Below the pieces are notes generated by a model. The model was given only the letters and a program-made list of their open reading frames with translations, was not told the origin of the DNA and made no database searches. A DNA stretch of 64,000 nucleotides from Strigamia acuminata. Lineage: Eukaryota. The stretch lies in contig OX442314.1 in NCBI GenBank assembly GCA_949358305.1, forward strand, positions 27,404,001 through 27,468,000, read 5' to 3'. Of the stretch, positions 1 to 10,040 are shown in pieces. The position numbers were made by a program, and so were the translations under genes. Each line of letters begins with the position of its first letter. Within the stretch, counting starts at the first letter, position 1.

Positions 1-1
1 C

Positions 2-1558
2 TGGAATGTTCGAGATTTTTGACGCTGAGCACGATGGTGTTTCTGTTGCTTTGGCCGCCGTTGTTGTAGTAGAAGTTACACTTGAGGTTGTCACGAAAAT
101 ATTTTTCTTTGCCAAAAGCTTCGGTCGGGCACCTGTATTGGAATTAAGATTGTTATTAGCAATTGGTTTCAAAGAAGATGCAGATAAATTCGCATTCTGT
201 GGCGATTGTGCAAATCGTTCCCGCATCGCTGGAGGAAGTCGTGCACTGAGTGGTGGTCCGCGGGGTTGCTGCATGGTCGGAACATTGGACAATCGTGGAT
301 CGGCCATTTTCCGCTCCAACTTTCGAACGTCCTGGACCTGTGCAGCCGGTGCTTCCGCAAAAATCTCATGAGCCACTCCACAGATGGACGGGGTTACACT
401 GAAACTTGATTCGTTGTCCCGAACTGGTGGAGTGCTGGAACGACGCTGGGCGATTTCTTCGTTATGCATACGAGTTAATTCCGCCATTTCTTGTTCAGTC
501 ACATTTCCCAACGTAGAACGGCCAGAATAATAGCGCAAATCACAGGGCGGATCTGAGTTCTCGTTTTTTGTAACTGGAATTGAATCAATATGGGTAGACA
601 CACTTGTGAACATGGAATCGTCGTCGTCCTCATCATCCCCGTTATCGTCAATGGATAAACCGGCCAGTTGCGCTGTTGCTTGCGCAAGGGTTTCCTCGGA
701 TGGCTGTGGACGGTATCTAGTCGTATTGGTGTCCCGAGTTTCGTCACGGCGCAAAGGCATTTTCGTGTCCTCGATCTTACCCAGCACTTTCTGCGTAAGT
801 TTCTCCGTACGATCCTCTCGTCTGTTGATTGAACATGGAGGACGATTTCCTGTAAAATAGGGTAATACTGACTGGTCATTAGTGTCTATGGTATCCATTG
901 CGCCCTGAGTCTCTGCAACCAGTTCCACTTGCTCACTCATCATCGAGGCATCCCCTGGAAATGGGTGAAAATAGCGAATTGTTGCGGATTGCATCTGATC
1001 AACAAGATGTTGTTCTTTCAACATGGGAGCCAGTCCTTCCACTTCGTCTTGGAGTAAGTTTGGCACTTGGATATATAGAAGTTGAACTACCTCAGCCATC
1101 GGATAGATCCATTGTCGCGGTGTAATGCGATTTGTGTGCGCAACCCGTTGCGCCCGGTGCCAATACCAGAAATGAATTGTCCGAAACCTCTGTATCGACA
1201 CCGGACTCCCGTTCAGTGGTCGAAAAGGCGGGTATGTCACGCTTACGATAATCACATGGTCTTGTTCATATCTTCGCAACACCCAACCGTAGATTTGGCG
1301 CATCCAAACAATGTGTAGATTGCGCCGTAAGTCCCCCCGACCGTCACACGCCCGGCACTTGCACTCCGGTCTCGGCGGGTCGATCTCTTTACCATAGCCG
1401 GAACATACCGGACATATCTCGAAATTGGGGAATCCAGCATCGAGTGGATCATCGGGATGGTTGTGCGGAAACTTTGGTGGACCCGCCGCATGTAAAGGCG
1501 GCGTTCGATAGTTTTTCGGATATTTCCTTCCCGGGAAGTCCTCATTACAACACGCCAT
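2..1558 (-). CDS. Retroelement ORF3, >519 aa, open to the window edge; N-terminal CxxCxGxG pair (DnaJ-type zinc-finger-like), then acidic and low-complexity sequence
   Basis: Manual translation from ATG at 1558: MACCNEDFPGRKYPKNY...EICPVCSGYGKEIDPPRPECKCRACDGRGDLRRNLHIVWMRQIYGW... with no stop to position 2; absent from the ORF track, presumably because no stop lies in the window. Confidence 0.8.
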   Translation of the reverse strand, partial: MACCNEDFPGRKYPKNYRTPPLHAAGPPKFPHNHPDDPLDAGFPNFEICPVCSGYGKEIDPPRPECKCRACDGRGDLRRNLHIVWMRQIYGWVLRRYEQDHVIIVSVTYPPFRPLNGSPVSIQRFRTIHFWYWHRAQRVAHTNRITPRQWIYPMAEVVQLLYIQVPNLLQDEVEGLAPMLKEQHLVDQMQSATIRYFHPFPGDASMMSEQVELVAETQGAMDTIDTNDQSVLPYFTGNRPPCSINRREDRTEKLTQKVLGKIEDTKMPLRRDETRDTNTTRYRPQPSEETLAQATAQLAGLSIDDNGDDEDDDDSMFTSVSTHIDSIPVTKNENSDPPCDLRYYSGRSTLGNVTEQEMAELTRMHNEEIAQRRSSTPPVRDNESSFSVTPSICGVAHEIFAEAPAAQVQDVRKLERKMADPRLSNVPTMQQPRGPPLSARLPPAMRERFAQSPQNANLSASSLKPIANNNLNSNTGARPKLLAKKNIFVTTSSVTSTTTTAAKATETPSCSASKISNIP

Positions 1559-2338
1559 GTTGGTTTCAATATGTTGATAAAAATATAATGCGCCTAAGTT
1601 GGTGGAGGCAATATTTATATAAATACACAAAACAAATAAGACGTTTGACAAACGATACTCACAATTATCAAGCGCAACAACACGAACGCGCACAGAACGA
1701 AACAAACAACGAGGAGTAAAGAATATTCCCAGGAATGTAACGAGTCGTAAAACTTTGCTTCGAGAAGCTTCGATGAACGATTGAAAACTCGCACATGTAA
1801 TAAAGTCGGGTTCGAGGTTAGACACTAACTAATTGCAATAGAAAGGCGACATCCAGTGTTGGAATTCAGAAGTTAACGAAAGTTGTCTTCGCTCAAAACT
1901 CTTGTTTCAAAGTGATTAAATAAGGATGGTGAGATAAACAAGTAACAATTCAGAACACAGAATATTAATTTAAATAAAGTGCGCATAAATTATATTAATT
2001 GAATAATTTAAATGAATTGTGGAAATAGCCACGTGCTATTGTTAGAGATTAATTGGCATCGCGCACTCTGGTGACGGACATAGTCCCTGATTGAAATGGA
2101 CTTAGCCATTTTCCAGTCGCAAGTGAATATAAACATGAACACATAACACGGAACATTAAATATAAAATATGAAGAAAACATAAAATAACATAAAACATAA
2201 AAATTAGGATGAATAAATTTAAAATGAAAGGAAAAATAGTTTTTAAACAAAATAGGTAGTAAAGATAGATTTACACCGGATTACACTTGGTTTTTTTTTT
2301 TTTGTTTTTTTTTTTTTTGTTTAAAAAATAAAAGAAAA

Positions 2339-5300
2339 TTACTTAAATGAAAGAAAATAGGCAGAAAAAATATCCAAAGTGTTGACAGCAAAAATTTCAA
2401 CATGTTTATCAATAATTTCAACGTCTTTTAAAGTTAAAAAGTTGGCCTCGGCAAAGAACCAATGTCGCAACTCTACGACATTATAGGGCTGGGTTTTTTG
2501 ACCGTTTTCATCCATTAGGATTACTGTATTGGGGCCCACCAATCTATGTATAATATATACACCTTCAGTACGCTGGCGCAACCCTGCTGCGAATTGCTTA
2601 TCGGCAGATGAAGGTTGCCGATTGCGCAAAGTTACCCAGTCGCCAGGACGGAAGTCATGGGGACGGCGTTTTAAATCGAACCATTTTTTGTGTCGAATTT
2701 GGGACTCGCGCAAGTTGTTAATCGCGCTTTCTCGCATTCTACGCATATGTTCGTGCAAATTCTCAGCTTCCACGGGCGGCAACGGTTCTCCGTCATCCGT
2801 GTCGCTATCCAGGTCGCCCGGAAATCGAGCTTCCTGGCCTGTTACCATTTTAAAGGGTGAATACTTTAAAGAAATTTGATACGCTGAATTAATCGCGAGC
2901 ACGAAATAGCCAATGTTGACGTCCCATCTAGTATGGTCATCATCAATATATGCTAATATACAGTTCTTTAATGATTGGTTAAGCCTTTCCGCAATATTAC
3001 CTTGCGGGTGATATGCGGCGGTATATCTATTTATTGCGCCAAGTTGCTGGATTTGGCTACGAAATTCTGGTGAGCGAAAAGCAGGCGCATTATCGCTGAT
3101 AATTATCTTGGGAAAACCCCATCTTTTGCAGAATTTCTGAATTTGTTTCACCGTAGTGACTATATTTGAGTTTTCGGTTAGACGTACGTCTAACCATCGG
3201 CTAGCAGAGTCGACCATCACAAAGGCATAGCAATGTCCCTCTGTGGATCGAGGTTTCTTGTCATAATAGTCGATGTAGATAGCAGAGAAAAGATGGCGCG
3301 ATCTGGACATTATCATTTTTCCATATGGGAGTCTGTTAAGGGGTTTAGCTCTTTGACACGCTTCGCAAACCTGTATCCATGTTCGAATATCTTCGCGCAT
3401 TTTTGGCCAAAATACGCGCGATTTAATGCGATGGAGTGTTCGTTCTTGCCCCATATGTCCAACTACGGGAGGATAGTGCATTGCGCGGAAATATCTTTCT
3501 CTAAGTTCAAATGGGAGATATATTTGGCGCCTCTTTCTAATTTCATTAATATGGACAGGAGGGAAGCGACATAACATCTCTTTATACATGCCGAAATCTT
3601 GCGCGTCAGCCACAATTTTAGCAGCCTCATCTGGATCAAGTGGTAACATTTGGGCAGTTAAATAAAATATCAACTCACGCGACCAGGGATCCTGTCTTTG
3701 CGCAGCAATGATTTCAGCAGCAGTAGGCAACAGCTCGAACGGAGGATGTTCGATTGGTGGATCGTGCTCCAATTCGGCTTGCTTCTCTGCTTCAGTCCTC
3801 GAATCCTCAATTACTGTCCTTTCCCGTCGCGGACGCAATCTCGACGGAGTTCTCTGCGCTGATGTTGGAGGCGCATAATAATTCCTTGTTGGTGGCGACA
3901 TGTCACGAATGGGTCCAAAACTGTCCTCAGATGATGTAGAGTCAGAATCCGGGTCCGAAGTATATCCCTCTGGCCTCTGCTGTCCTGATGGTCCCGCCGC
4001 ATCGTCATACATCACTGGTTCAGAAGGTTGACGCGGAGAAATAACAGGAAAATCAGTGATAGGAATTGAAGGAGTTGGGGAAGGAGTTGGTAAATTTGGA
4101 ATTTCAGGAGAAGGTCTTGGAATGGGCCTTCGATGGCTATCGGATTGAATTATTGGTGCAGGAACTCCAGTGATGCGACGGAAATTACGTCGTATTTTAT
4201 CCACCAAAGTTCCAGGTGTCGGCAATTGTGATGGCGCCGAGGCAGTCTTTTTTCTAAAACTGGATGGATTTATTGGCACAGGAATTTTAGTTGGAATAAT
4301 TGCTGAAGGTGGAATGGAACTAGGAATAGGAATGGATATTGGAGTTGCAGGAGGGGTAATGATAGGTAAAGGTGGTGAAATTAAAACAGTTTTAGGTTTG
4401 GGTTTCACCACATGGGAAGGAATAGCGGATTTACGTCGCACTGCCTTCAACCTTCCTACTTGCTGTGATTTCAATAACTTCGGAAATGTCCACTGTTTAA
4501 TAGTTCCCGCATACCTGGGTGGTAGCCATGGTGGTGTTTTAGGAATCAAAGATGGATCCTTTAATCTAGCCCGAGTTCGTGTGGCTATTGCTCGTTTAGC
4601 ACGAGGAGATAAAATTGGTACAATATTAATTTTACGTGGTCTTCCTCGTTTCTTTATCAGAATTGGAATTAAAGAGCGCTGTCGGCGAGTTCGTAAAGGC
4701 ACTGAAACACGAACTGGTGATAAATTAGGAGTTTTTACTTGTGAGGTTGGTTGCGCAACTGGAACTAATGCATTTGGTGTTGCAGTTGGTTGCACAATTG
4801 GCGTTGGTTCAACTGGAGGGATTGTAACCGGCGGTGCCCTCGTTGGAGTAGTAGCTACGCCAGTAGAAGATGGAATTTGCGCACCTGAGGTCGGCGCATT
4901 TCCAGTCACTTTACCTTTACCAGTTGGTCGAGGAATAAGAGATTTTTTCTTATTTTTCTTCTTAGTCGGTGAAGATGCTGCAATGAGAGGCACTTTTTTA
5001 AATTTAGATTTAAACAACTTCCGAAACTGCAAATTAATGTCTTTTGGCAATTCCTTGATGATATTAAGTGCCGGCCACTCGTTGCAATCATCAAAATAGG
5101 CAAGGTAGCACGCCTCGTCGACCTCCGGGCTGTCATCCTCATCGTCGACTTCAGGTGGGTCGACAGGAGCTCGACTCAGTGCATCCGCTACCTTATTTTT
5201 GCATCCTGAGCAGTGCAAAAACGTGAATTTATAATCACTTAACGATAATACCCAACGGGCTAAACGTCCAGTTGGTTCCCTTTGCTGGAATAACCACTTA

Positions 5301-7969
5301 AGAGATTGATGGTCGCTCTCGAGGTAGAATGGCATCATCTCGAGGTATGCGCGAAAGCGTTTGACACCCCAAACCGCGGCCAAACATTCGATTTCGGTTA
5401 CTTTATAGTTCTTTTCAGCGCTGTTTAATGCGCGAGAGGCAAATGCGATTGGAATTCTCACACCTTCATCGTTAAGTTGCATTAAAGCAGCACCTAATCC
5501 AGAATAACTAGCATCGGTCTGCAATATAAATGGTTTTTTCCAACTGGGAAAACGTCTTTTCAGTGTCGGTATCGCAATCTGGTCTTTCAGATATTCGAAC
5601 GCTAATTGCTGCGCATCTGTCCAAATCCAAATTGCGTCCTTTTTAAGCAATGGTCGGAAAACTTCGCTAATTTTGGAAAAATTTGCAATGAATGATTGGT
5701 AATAACCTACCATGCCCTTAAATCGTTGTAATTCGCGCAAACTGGTTGGCGCGGGATAATTTTGAATAGCAACCACTTTCTTTGGATTTGGTGTAATCTG
5801 GCCAGATTCCACGATGTGTCCCAAAACCTCGAGTCTTTTTTGACAAAGCTCAGTCTTGTTGGCATTCATGGTGAATCCAGCGTTGAACAATTCCTCTAAA
5901 ACGAGGCGCAAATGTTGCACGTGTTCCTCGAAAGTTCGGCTAAAAATAATCACGTCATCAATATACACAAATACAAATTTGTAAAGATACTTCGCAAGAG
6001 TCTTATTCATCGCTCGTTGGAGTGTAGCGGGTCCGTTAATAGGTCCGAAAGGCATGCGCACATATTCGAATAAACCTCGATGTGTTATAAAAGCTAAATA
6101 CCGTTCGTCACCTTTGCGCACGCCGATCTGATGGAAAGCTTCGCGTCCGTCGATTATCGAAAACCAATGCGCACCTCCTAAATATGCGAAGATGTTATCA
6201 ATGTCCGGAAGTGGGTAAACATCCGGGATTGTTTGCGCATTAATGGGGCGAAAATCCATAGCAGTTCTCCATTCGCCTGTCTTCTTGGGTACGACGACTG
6301 GAGCAACGGCGCAATCACTTTGGGATCGCCGAATAATACCTTGCTGCAGCTTTTTGTCGATATATTTATCAATTATCGCCTTTTTCGCAGGGTTTACCGG
6401 GCGCACAGGGACATGAATTGGACGAAAATCCGGTTTCAGGTTCACCTCGTACTCGGTGTTATTACATAAACCAATTTCTTCACGAAATATTTGCGAAATG
6501 GGCTGCAATGTTTTAATTAATAGTTTTATCTGTGGCACTGTTAATTTGTTCCACAACTGGTGGTAAATCCAATCCAAATCGGTCGGATCTCCACTGGGTT
6601 GGTACTGCAGAAAATTGATGTCATTAATGTTCATTTTAGAGTTATTCTCACCATTGTCAGGTTGCACAGTCGAAAAGATGTTGATTTTCGACTCCTTCTT
6701 GGCATTGATGTCTTTAGCACGTTGCGCAACGAGTTGTTTGGCAATTGGACGAATAACATTGATTTTTCGTCGTAAACGTCGTAATCGTCGGAACTGACTC
6801 AAAGTTAATTTACGTGAAATTGTCTTTTTTAAATTGGAGGAAATTTTAGAAGTTTCTTTCCTCTTTGGGGACCAAATATTTGACCATTCGCGTTGCGCAC
6901 GATGTCGAACTTGTTTAACTCGATACTGCGCATCGTCATGTGGATACTCGAATATTTCTTGTTGCAAGGGTCTATGCGCCAGGAGGAGGCAGTTAATTTC
7001 ACTCACCGGATCCGGTTTCCTTAGTATTTTCGTCGGAACGATCTCACTAATGGCCGCCGGTGGGTTGGATGGATCCTGCGTTTCTTCTGGCGCAAATGGC
7101 AAAACCAGAATTGACTCTGACTTTTTTGCTTCTTCATAGGTCATGAATTTGCGAATCTCATTTGAGCCCACCATGCTCCACTGCTGTCTCGCATGGTCGA
7201 TGTCGATTCCGGCCGCTGTGCAGAAATCACGTCCAAGGAGCATATCCATTTTGGCATCGGGTAAAACCATGCAAATGAATTTTATTATGCCTATTGGGGC
7301 GCGCAAAGCGAGCTGCATCGACTTGGTGGAATCTACTATGTCACCAGACGCGACTTGCACCCGCTCATGGAGATTCACGAAGTCCAAACCCATTTTGTCG
7401 TGTAGTTGTTGAAACACGTCCTCACTCATTACACACGTTTGTGCGCCTGAGTCCAGAAGCGCAGTACAAGCTACATTAGCCCAGGAAATCTTTACGCAAG
7501 GTGCTTTCTTGCACAAACGATCCCCGCGCGTTATCTCAATGATGGGTTCTTGAGTTTCTTTAAGTTCCTCTGGCGTTAACATTACGAAAGATACCTTCAT
7601 AGGAGAGATCACTTCCTTTGGAGCCTCAGTCGTTGTTGCACTGGAAGTAGACTTAATTATTGGTAAAGTTTTAGTAATTTTACTCACTATTGTCACTTTC
7701 GGGTTTTTCTTCGAAATTACAGGTTGCAAATCTGTTAATTTCGGCAATTCGTCCTTTACAGCTTCAGGGACGGCAGTCTGCAGATCTGACGCCTTTGTAG
7801 CTGATGTGATGATGGAAGATGATGAAGAAATAACACTACTTACAGGTTTATACTCTGAAAGAGTAATAACAGTAGGAGATGTTGTTGAATTAACCTGTGA
7901 AGGATTGTCCTCTTTCAAGTTAATTAAAGGTGAAGCGCGTCGTTTTGCGCGAAAGGCCGGTCGACTCAT
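2339..7969 (-). CDS. pol: Gypsy Pol polyprotein (protease, RT, RNase H, long Pro-rich spacer, integrase)
   Basis: LLDSGA protease, YIDD RT, TDAS...EC...SDH...ADALSR RNase H, H-H-C-C zinc finger and D(IYID)-D(SDNAP)-E(AERLN) integrase. Confidence 0.95.
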   Translation of the reverse strand: MSRPAFRAKRRASPLINLKEDNPSQVNSTTSPTVITLSEYKPVSSVISSSSSIITSATKASDLQTAVPEAVKDELPKLTDLQPVISKKNPKVTIVSKITKTLPIIKSTSSATTTEAPKEVISPMKVSFVMLTPEELKETQEPIIEITRGDRLCKKAPCVKISWANVACTALLDSGAQTCVMSEDVFQQLHDKMGLDFVNLHERVQVASGDIVDSTKSMQLALRAPIGIIKFICMVLPDAKMDMLLGRDFCTAAGIDIDHARQQWSMVGSNEIRKFMTYEEAKKSESILVLPFAPEETQDPSNPPAAISEIVPTKILRKPDPVSEINCLLLAHRPLQQEIFEYPHDDAQYRVKQVRHRAQREWSNIWSPKRKETSKISSNLKKTISRKLTLSQFRRLRRLRRKINVIRPIAKQLVAQRAKDINAKKESKINIFSTVQPDNGENNSKMNINDINFLQYQPSGDPTDLDWIYHQLWNKLTVPQIKLLIKTLQPISQIFREEIGLCNNTEYEVNLKPDFRPIHVPVRPVNPAKKAIIDKYIDKKLQQGIIRRSQSDCAVAPVVVPKKTGEWRTAMDFRPINAQTIPDVYPLPDIDNIFAYLGGAHWFSIIDGREAFHQIGVRKGDERYLAFITHRGLFEYVRMPFGPINGPATLQRAMNKTLAKYLYKFVFVYIDDVIIFSRTFEEHVQHLRLVLEELFNAGFTMNANKTELCQKRLEVLGHIVESGQITPNPKKVVAIQNYPAPTSLRELQRFKGMVGYYQSFIANFSKISEVFRPLLKKDAIWIWTDAQQLAFEYLKDQIAIPTLKRRFPSWKKPFILQTDASYSGLGAALMQLNDEGVRIPIAFASRALNSAEKNYKVTEIECLAAVWGVKRFRAYLEMMPFYLESDHQSLKWLFQQREPTGRLARWVLSLSDYKFTFLHCSGCKNKVADALSRAPVDPPEVDDEDDSPEVDEACYLAYFDDCNEWPALNIIKELPKDINLQFRKLFKSKFKKVPLIAASSPTKKKNKKKSLIPRPTGKGKVTGNAPTSGAQIPSSTGVATTPTRAPPVTIPPVEPTPIVQPTATPNALVPVAQPTSQVKTPNLSPVRVSVPLRTRRQRSLIPILIKKRGRPRKINIVPILSPRAKRAIATRTRARLKDPSLIPKTPPWLPPRYAGTIKQWTFPKLLKSQQVGRLKAVRRKSAIPSHVVKPKPKTVLISPPLPIITPPATPISIPIPSSIPPSAIIPTKIPVPINPSSFRKKTASAPSQLPTPGTLVDKIRRNFRRITGVPAPIIQSDSHRRPIPRPSPEIPNLPTPSPTPSIPITDFPVISPRQPSEPVMYDDAAGPSGQQRPEGYTSDPDSDSTSSEDSFGPIRDMSPPTRNYYAPPTSAQRTPSRLRPRRERTVIEDSRTEAEKQAELEHDPPIEHPPFELLPTAAEIIAAQRQDPWSRELIFYLTAQMLPLDPDEAAKIVADAQDFGMYKEMLCRFPPVHINEIRKRRQIYLPFELRERYFRAMHYPPVVGHMGQERTLHRIKSRVFWPKMREDIRTWIQVCEACQRAKPLNRLPYGKMIMSRSRHLFSAIYIDYYDKKPRSTEGHCYAFVMVDSASRWLDVRLTENSNIVTTVKQIQKFCKRWGFPKIIISDNAPAFRSPEFRSQIQQLGAINRYTAAYHPQGNIAERLNQSLKNCILAYIDDDHTRWDVNIGYFVLAINSAYQISLKYSPFKMVTGQEARFPGDLDSDTDDGEPLPPVEAENLHEHMRRMRESAINNLRESQIRHKKWFDLKRRPHDFRPGDWVTLRNRQPSSADKQFAAGLRQRTEGVYIIHRLVGPNTVILMDENGQKTQPYNVVELRHWFFAEANFLTLKDVEIIDKHVEIFAVNTLDIFSAYFLSFK

Positions 7970-9936
7970 TTGCGGCCTGGTTCCACCGGCTTCCCGAACT
8001 TCAGGCCTTCGGAGTTTTCCGGTCTCCTAAATGGCTGGTAACAAATGGGGCACAACGGATGCCAAGTTGCTGTATCTACCAAATACCACCAATCCTTCGG
8101 TGTTTTCCTCCAGGCTGTACCTTTCTCAGGACATTTGACAGTTAATGGTGGTTTTGGCGCTGGTGGAAACGTGACAATTGATGTAGAGCACACATGGTCC
8201 TTTGGGACGTCTGCTGGAGGTGTCAGAGTAGCTAAATTTATTTTAATTGTTGCTTTCTGAGCCGCCTCGGCGACTGTGCTCTTCTTAATTTCAAGTTCAG
8301 CATCCGTGTCGCTGCTACTGCTGCTCGAGTCAGGTTCCTGCGCAGGTGGAGATTGTTCTGGTCTCGCCTGCACTGCAGCTAACTCGATTAAGAATTGTTT
8401 TCGATACCTCGCAAAACGTTTGACGTCCTGGGACACGAGAGATTTGACATCATCGTCTCCTTTGGACTTCTCCGCAGCCCTGAGCACTGTGGGGCGTTGC
8501 GCATCACGCAGAGAGGGCATTCGTTGATCAGCCATACCCAGATCTTTGTATTCGTCTGCTCGAATGGTGTCCAGCTGTAGACGATTGTCGATGTCATTAC
8601 CTCTTTGGATCGCCTCGTCCAGCGAGTTTACGTTCCATGCGCGCAAGAGATGAACAACCTCGGTTTGCATCATGTTCTGAGCTTTCTCCCACTGGAGCTC
8701 TGGGTCGGTATATCCTGCAACTTGAAGATAATACACAATCTCACTTAAAAAGGACATCGTAGATTCTCCATTTCGCTGCTTTCGCTTGGATAGCTTCACA
8801 TTGGCCGCTGCCGAATTCATGGCGAAAGCTCGTCGAAATAAAATCTCAAAGTCCTCCCATGTTTTTGGTTTTGGTTTTAGTGATAACCACCATCGCTGCG
8901 CCCTTCCACGCGTCGCTTGAATGACAAATACTTTTAAATATTCATCCACCGGGGCCTGCATAGAATACATGTGCGCGTACAAATGCGCAAGAAAAAGATT
9001 AATGTAATCAAGATCGGCTTTATCTGGATCAAACAAAGGTGGTTTTCCAGGCTTGAAACAATTTTTATCTTTACTTGTATGTTGCGCTCTTACTGACGGC
9101 AGTGACAACTTTGCCTTGGTGTCGGATCTGTCCCGAGGATATCCCATCTTGGAGTATAGCATCGAGCTCATTAAATCTCGATTTGCTCGTGTTGTTGAAT
9201 CCAATTGAGCAGGTTCCTGTGATGGAGCCTGGGTGTAGATCGTTGCCACTGCCGGCATTGGTGGCGTAGTTGTTGTGTAAACAATTTGCGCAGTTGATGC
9301 GGGCTTTCTTGTCTGCTGGCCTCGATGCTCAACTTCCCGAACTTGGTGCAGACGTGCTGTGGGAAGTCCTAAATCATATGGTGCCGAGGTGCCTTTAACT
9401 CTTATGGAGCCATGCGAGGATCCACCGTCTAGAGACCGTGCGGTCCCTGTTCGTAGAGAGCGAGGGCCTTGTTGGAATATTTCGCGAATTTCATTTACTA
9501 GACCTCGTGTTTGAGCGTAGTATTGGTTGCGCAAGTCGGACATCAGCAAGCCCTCCGCGTTTAATGTTACGGGGTCTACTAATGCGCTAGGCTCAGCTGG
9601 GCGGAAAAAAGATGGCGTCGCCAAAAAGTCAGCGGGTGTCGACGTGGCAAAATTTACTAGAGGTTGCGCTCGTGAATTTGCGACAGCCATTGTCGTGATA
9701 TGATTTGATGGGGCTGGCTGTTGTTGCGCAATACTCACAAGCGTTTCCTGTTGTTCGATACGATTTCTTCGTAATTGGTCGTGTTGCTGCCACTCTCGAA
9801 ATTCTCTTTCTTCTTCTCGGCGAACACCACTCCTCCGTTCGGACTGTTGCCATTCCTGCTCCATTTCTAGCTCACTGAAATCAAATGGATCGCGCGTGAC
9901 AGGACGAATTCCGTCACCTCCCAACTGTCTCGACAT
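7966..9936 (-). CDS. gag: Gypsy Gag-like protein
   Basis: 656-aa ORF between PBS and pol; retrotransposon-gag-like segment GRAQRWW...TWEDFEILFRRAF...RKQRNGES. Confidence 0.85.
   Translation of the reverse strand: MSRQLGGDGIRPVTRDPFDFSELEMEQEWQQSERRSGVRREEEREFREWQQHDQLRRNRIEQQETLVSIAQQQPAPSNHITTMAVANSRAQPLVNFATSTPADFLATPSFFRPAEPSALVDPVTLNAEGLLMSDLRNQYYAQTRGLVNEIREIFQQGPRSLRTGTARSLDGGSSHGSIRVKGTSAPYDLGLPTARLHQVREVEHRGQQTRKPASTAQIVYTTTTPPMPAVATIYTQAPSQEPAQLDSTTRANRDLMSSMLYSKMGYPRDRSDTKAKLSLPSVRAQHTSKDKNCFKPGKPPLFDPDKADLDYINLFLAHLYAHMYSMQAPVDEYLKVFVIQATRGRAQRWWLSLKPKPKTWEDFEILFRRAFAMNSAAANVKLSKRKQRNGESTMSFLSEIVYYLQVAGYTDPELQWEKAQNMMQTEVVHLLRAWNVNSLDEAIQRGNDIDNRLQLDTIRADEYKDLGMADQRMPSLRDAQRPTVLRAAEKSKGDDDVKSLVSQDVKRFARYRKQFLIELAAVQARPEQSPPAQEPDSSSSSSDTDAELEIKKSTVAEAAQKATIKINLATLTPPADVPKDHVCSTSIVTFPPAPKPPLTVKCPEKGTAWRKTPKDWWYLVDTATWHPLCPICYQPFRRPENSEGLKFGKPVEPGRK
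7973..8020 (-). promoter_or_regulatory. Putative -1 ribosomal frameshift signal (G_GAA_AAC, 6-nt spacer, stem-loop)
   Basis: Heptamer at 8020-8014 in the gag frame; the pol frame opens just upstream after a TAG; stem GGCCTG-aa-GTTC ... GAAC-CAGGCC follows. Confidence 0.55.
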
Positions 9937-10015
9937 GATGAAGAAAATGTGAAATGATTAAATAAATAACTCAAAAAACTAACCTTTTCGCGCGTTTAAG
10001 CCTTATAGGTGAGAG

Positions 10016-10036
10016 CGAATCCTGTCAGGCTCGCCA
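10016..10036 (-). promoter_or_regulatory. Primer binding site, tRNA-Arg-like
   Basis: TGGCGAGCCTGACAGGATTCG 4 nt after the LTR end; resembles the complement of the tRNA-Arg(ACG) 3' end. Confidence 0.7.
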
Positions 10037-10040
10037 TGTT

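Noticed and set aside
1252..1569. 105-aa minus-strand ORF from the track (also 499-879 and 169-381)
   Set aside because: Out-of-frame overlaps of the longer ORF3 starting at 1558
4170..5099. 309-aa plus-strand ORF
   Set aside because: Antisense shadow of the Pro-rich pol spacer
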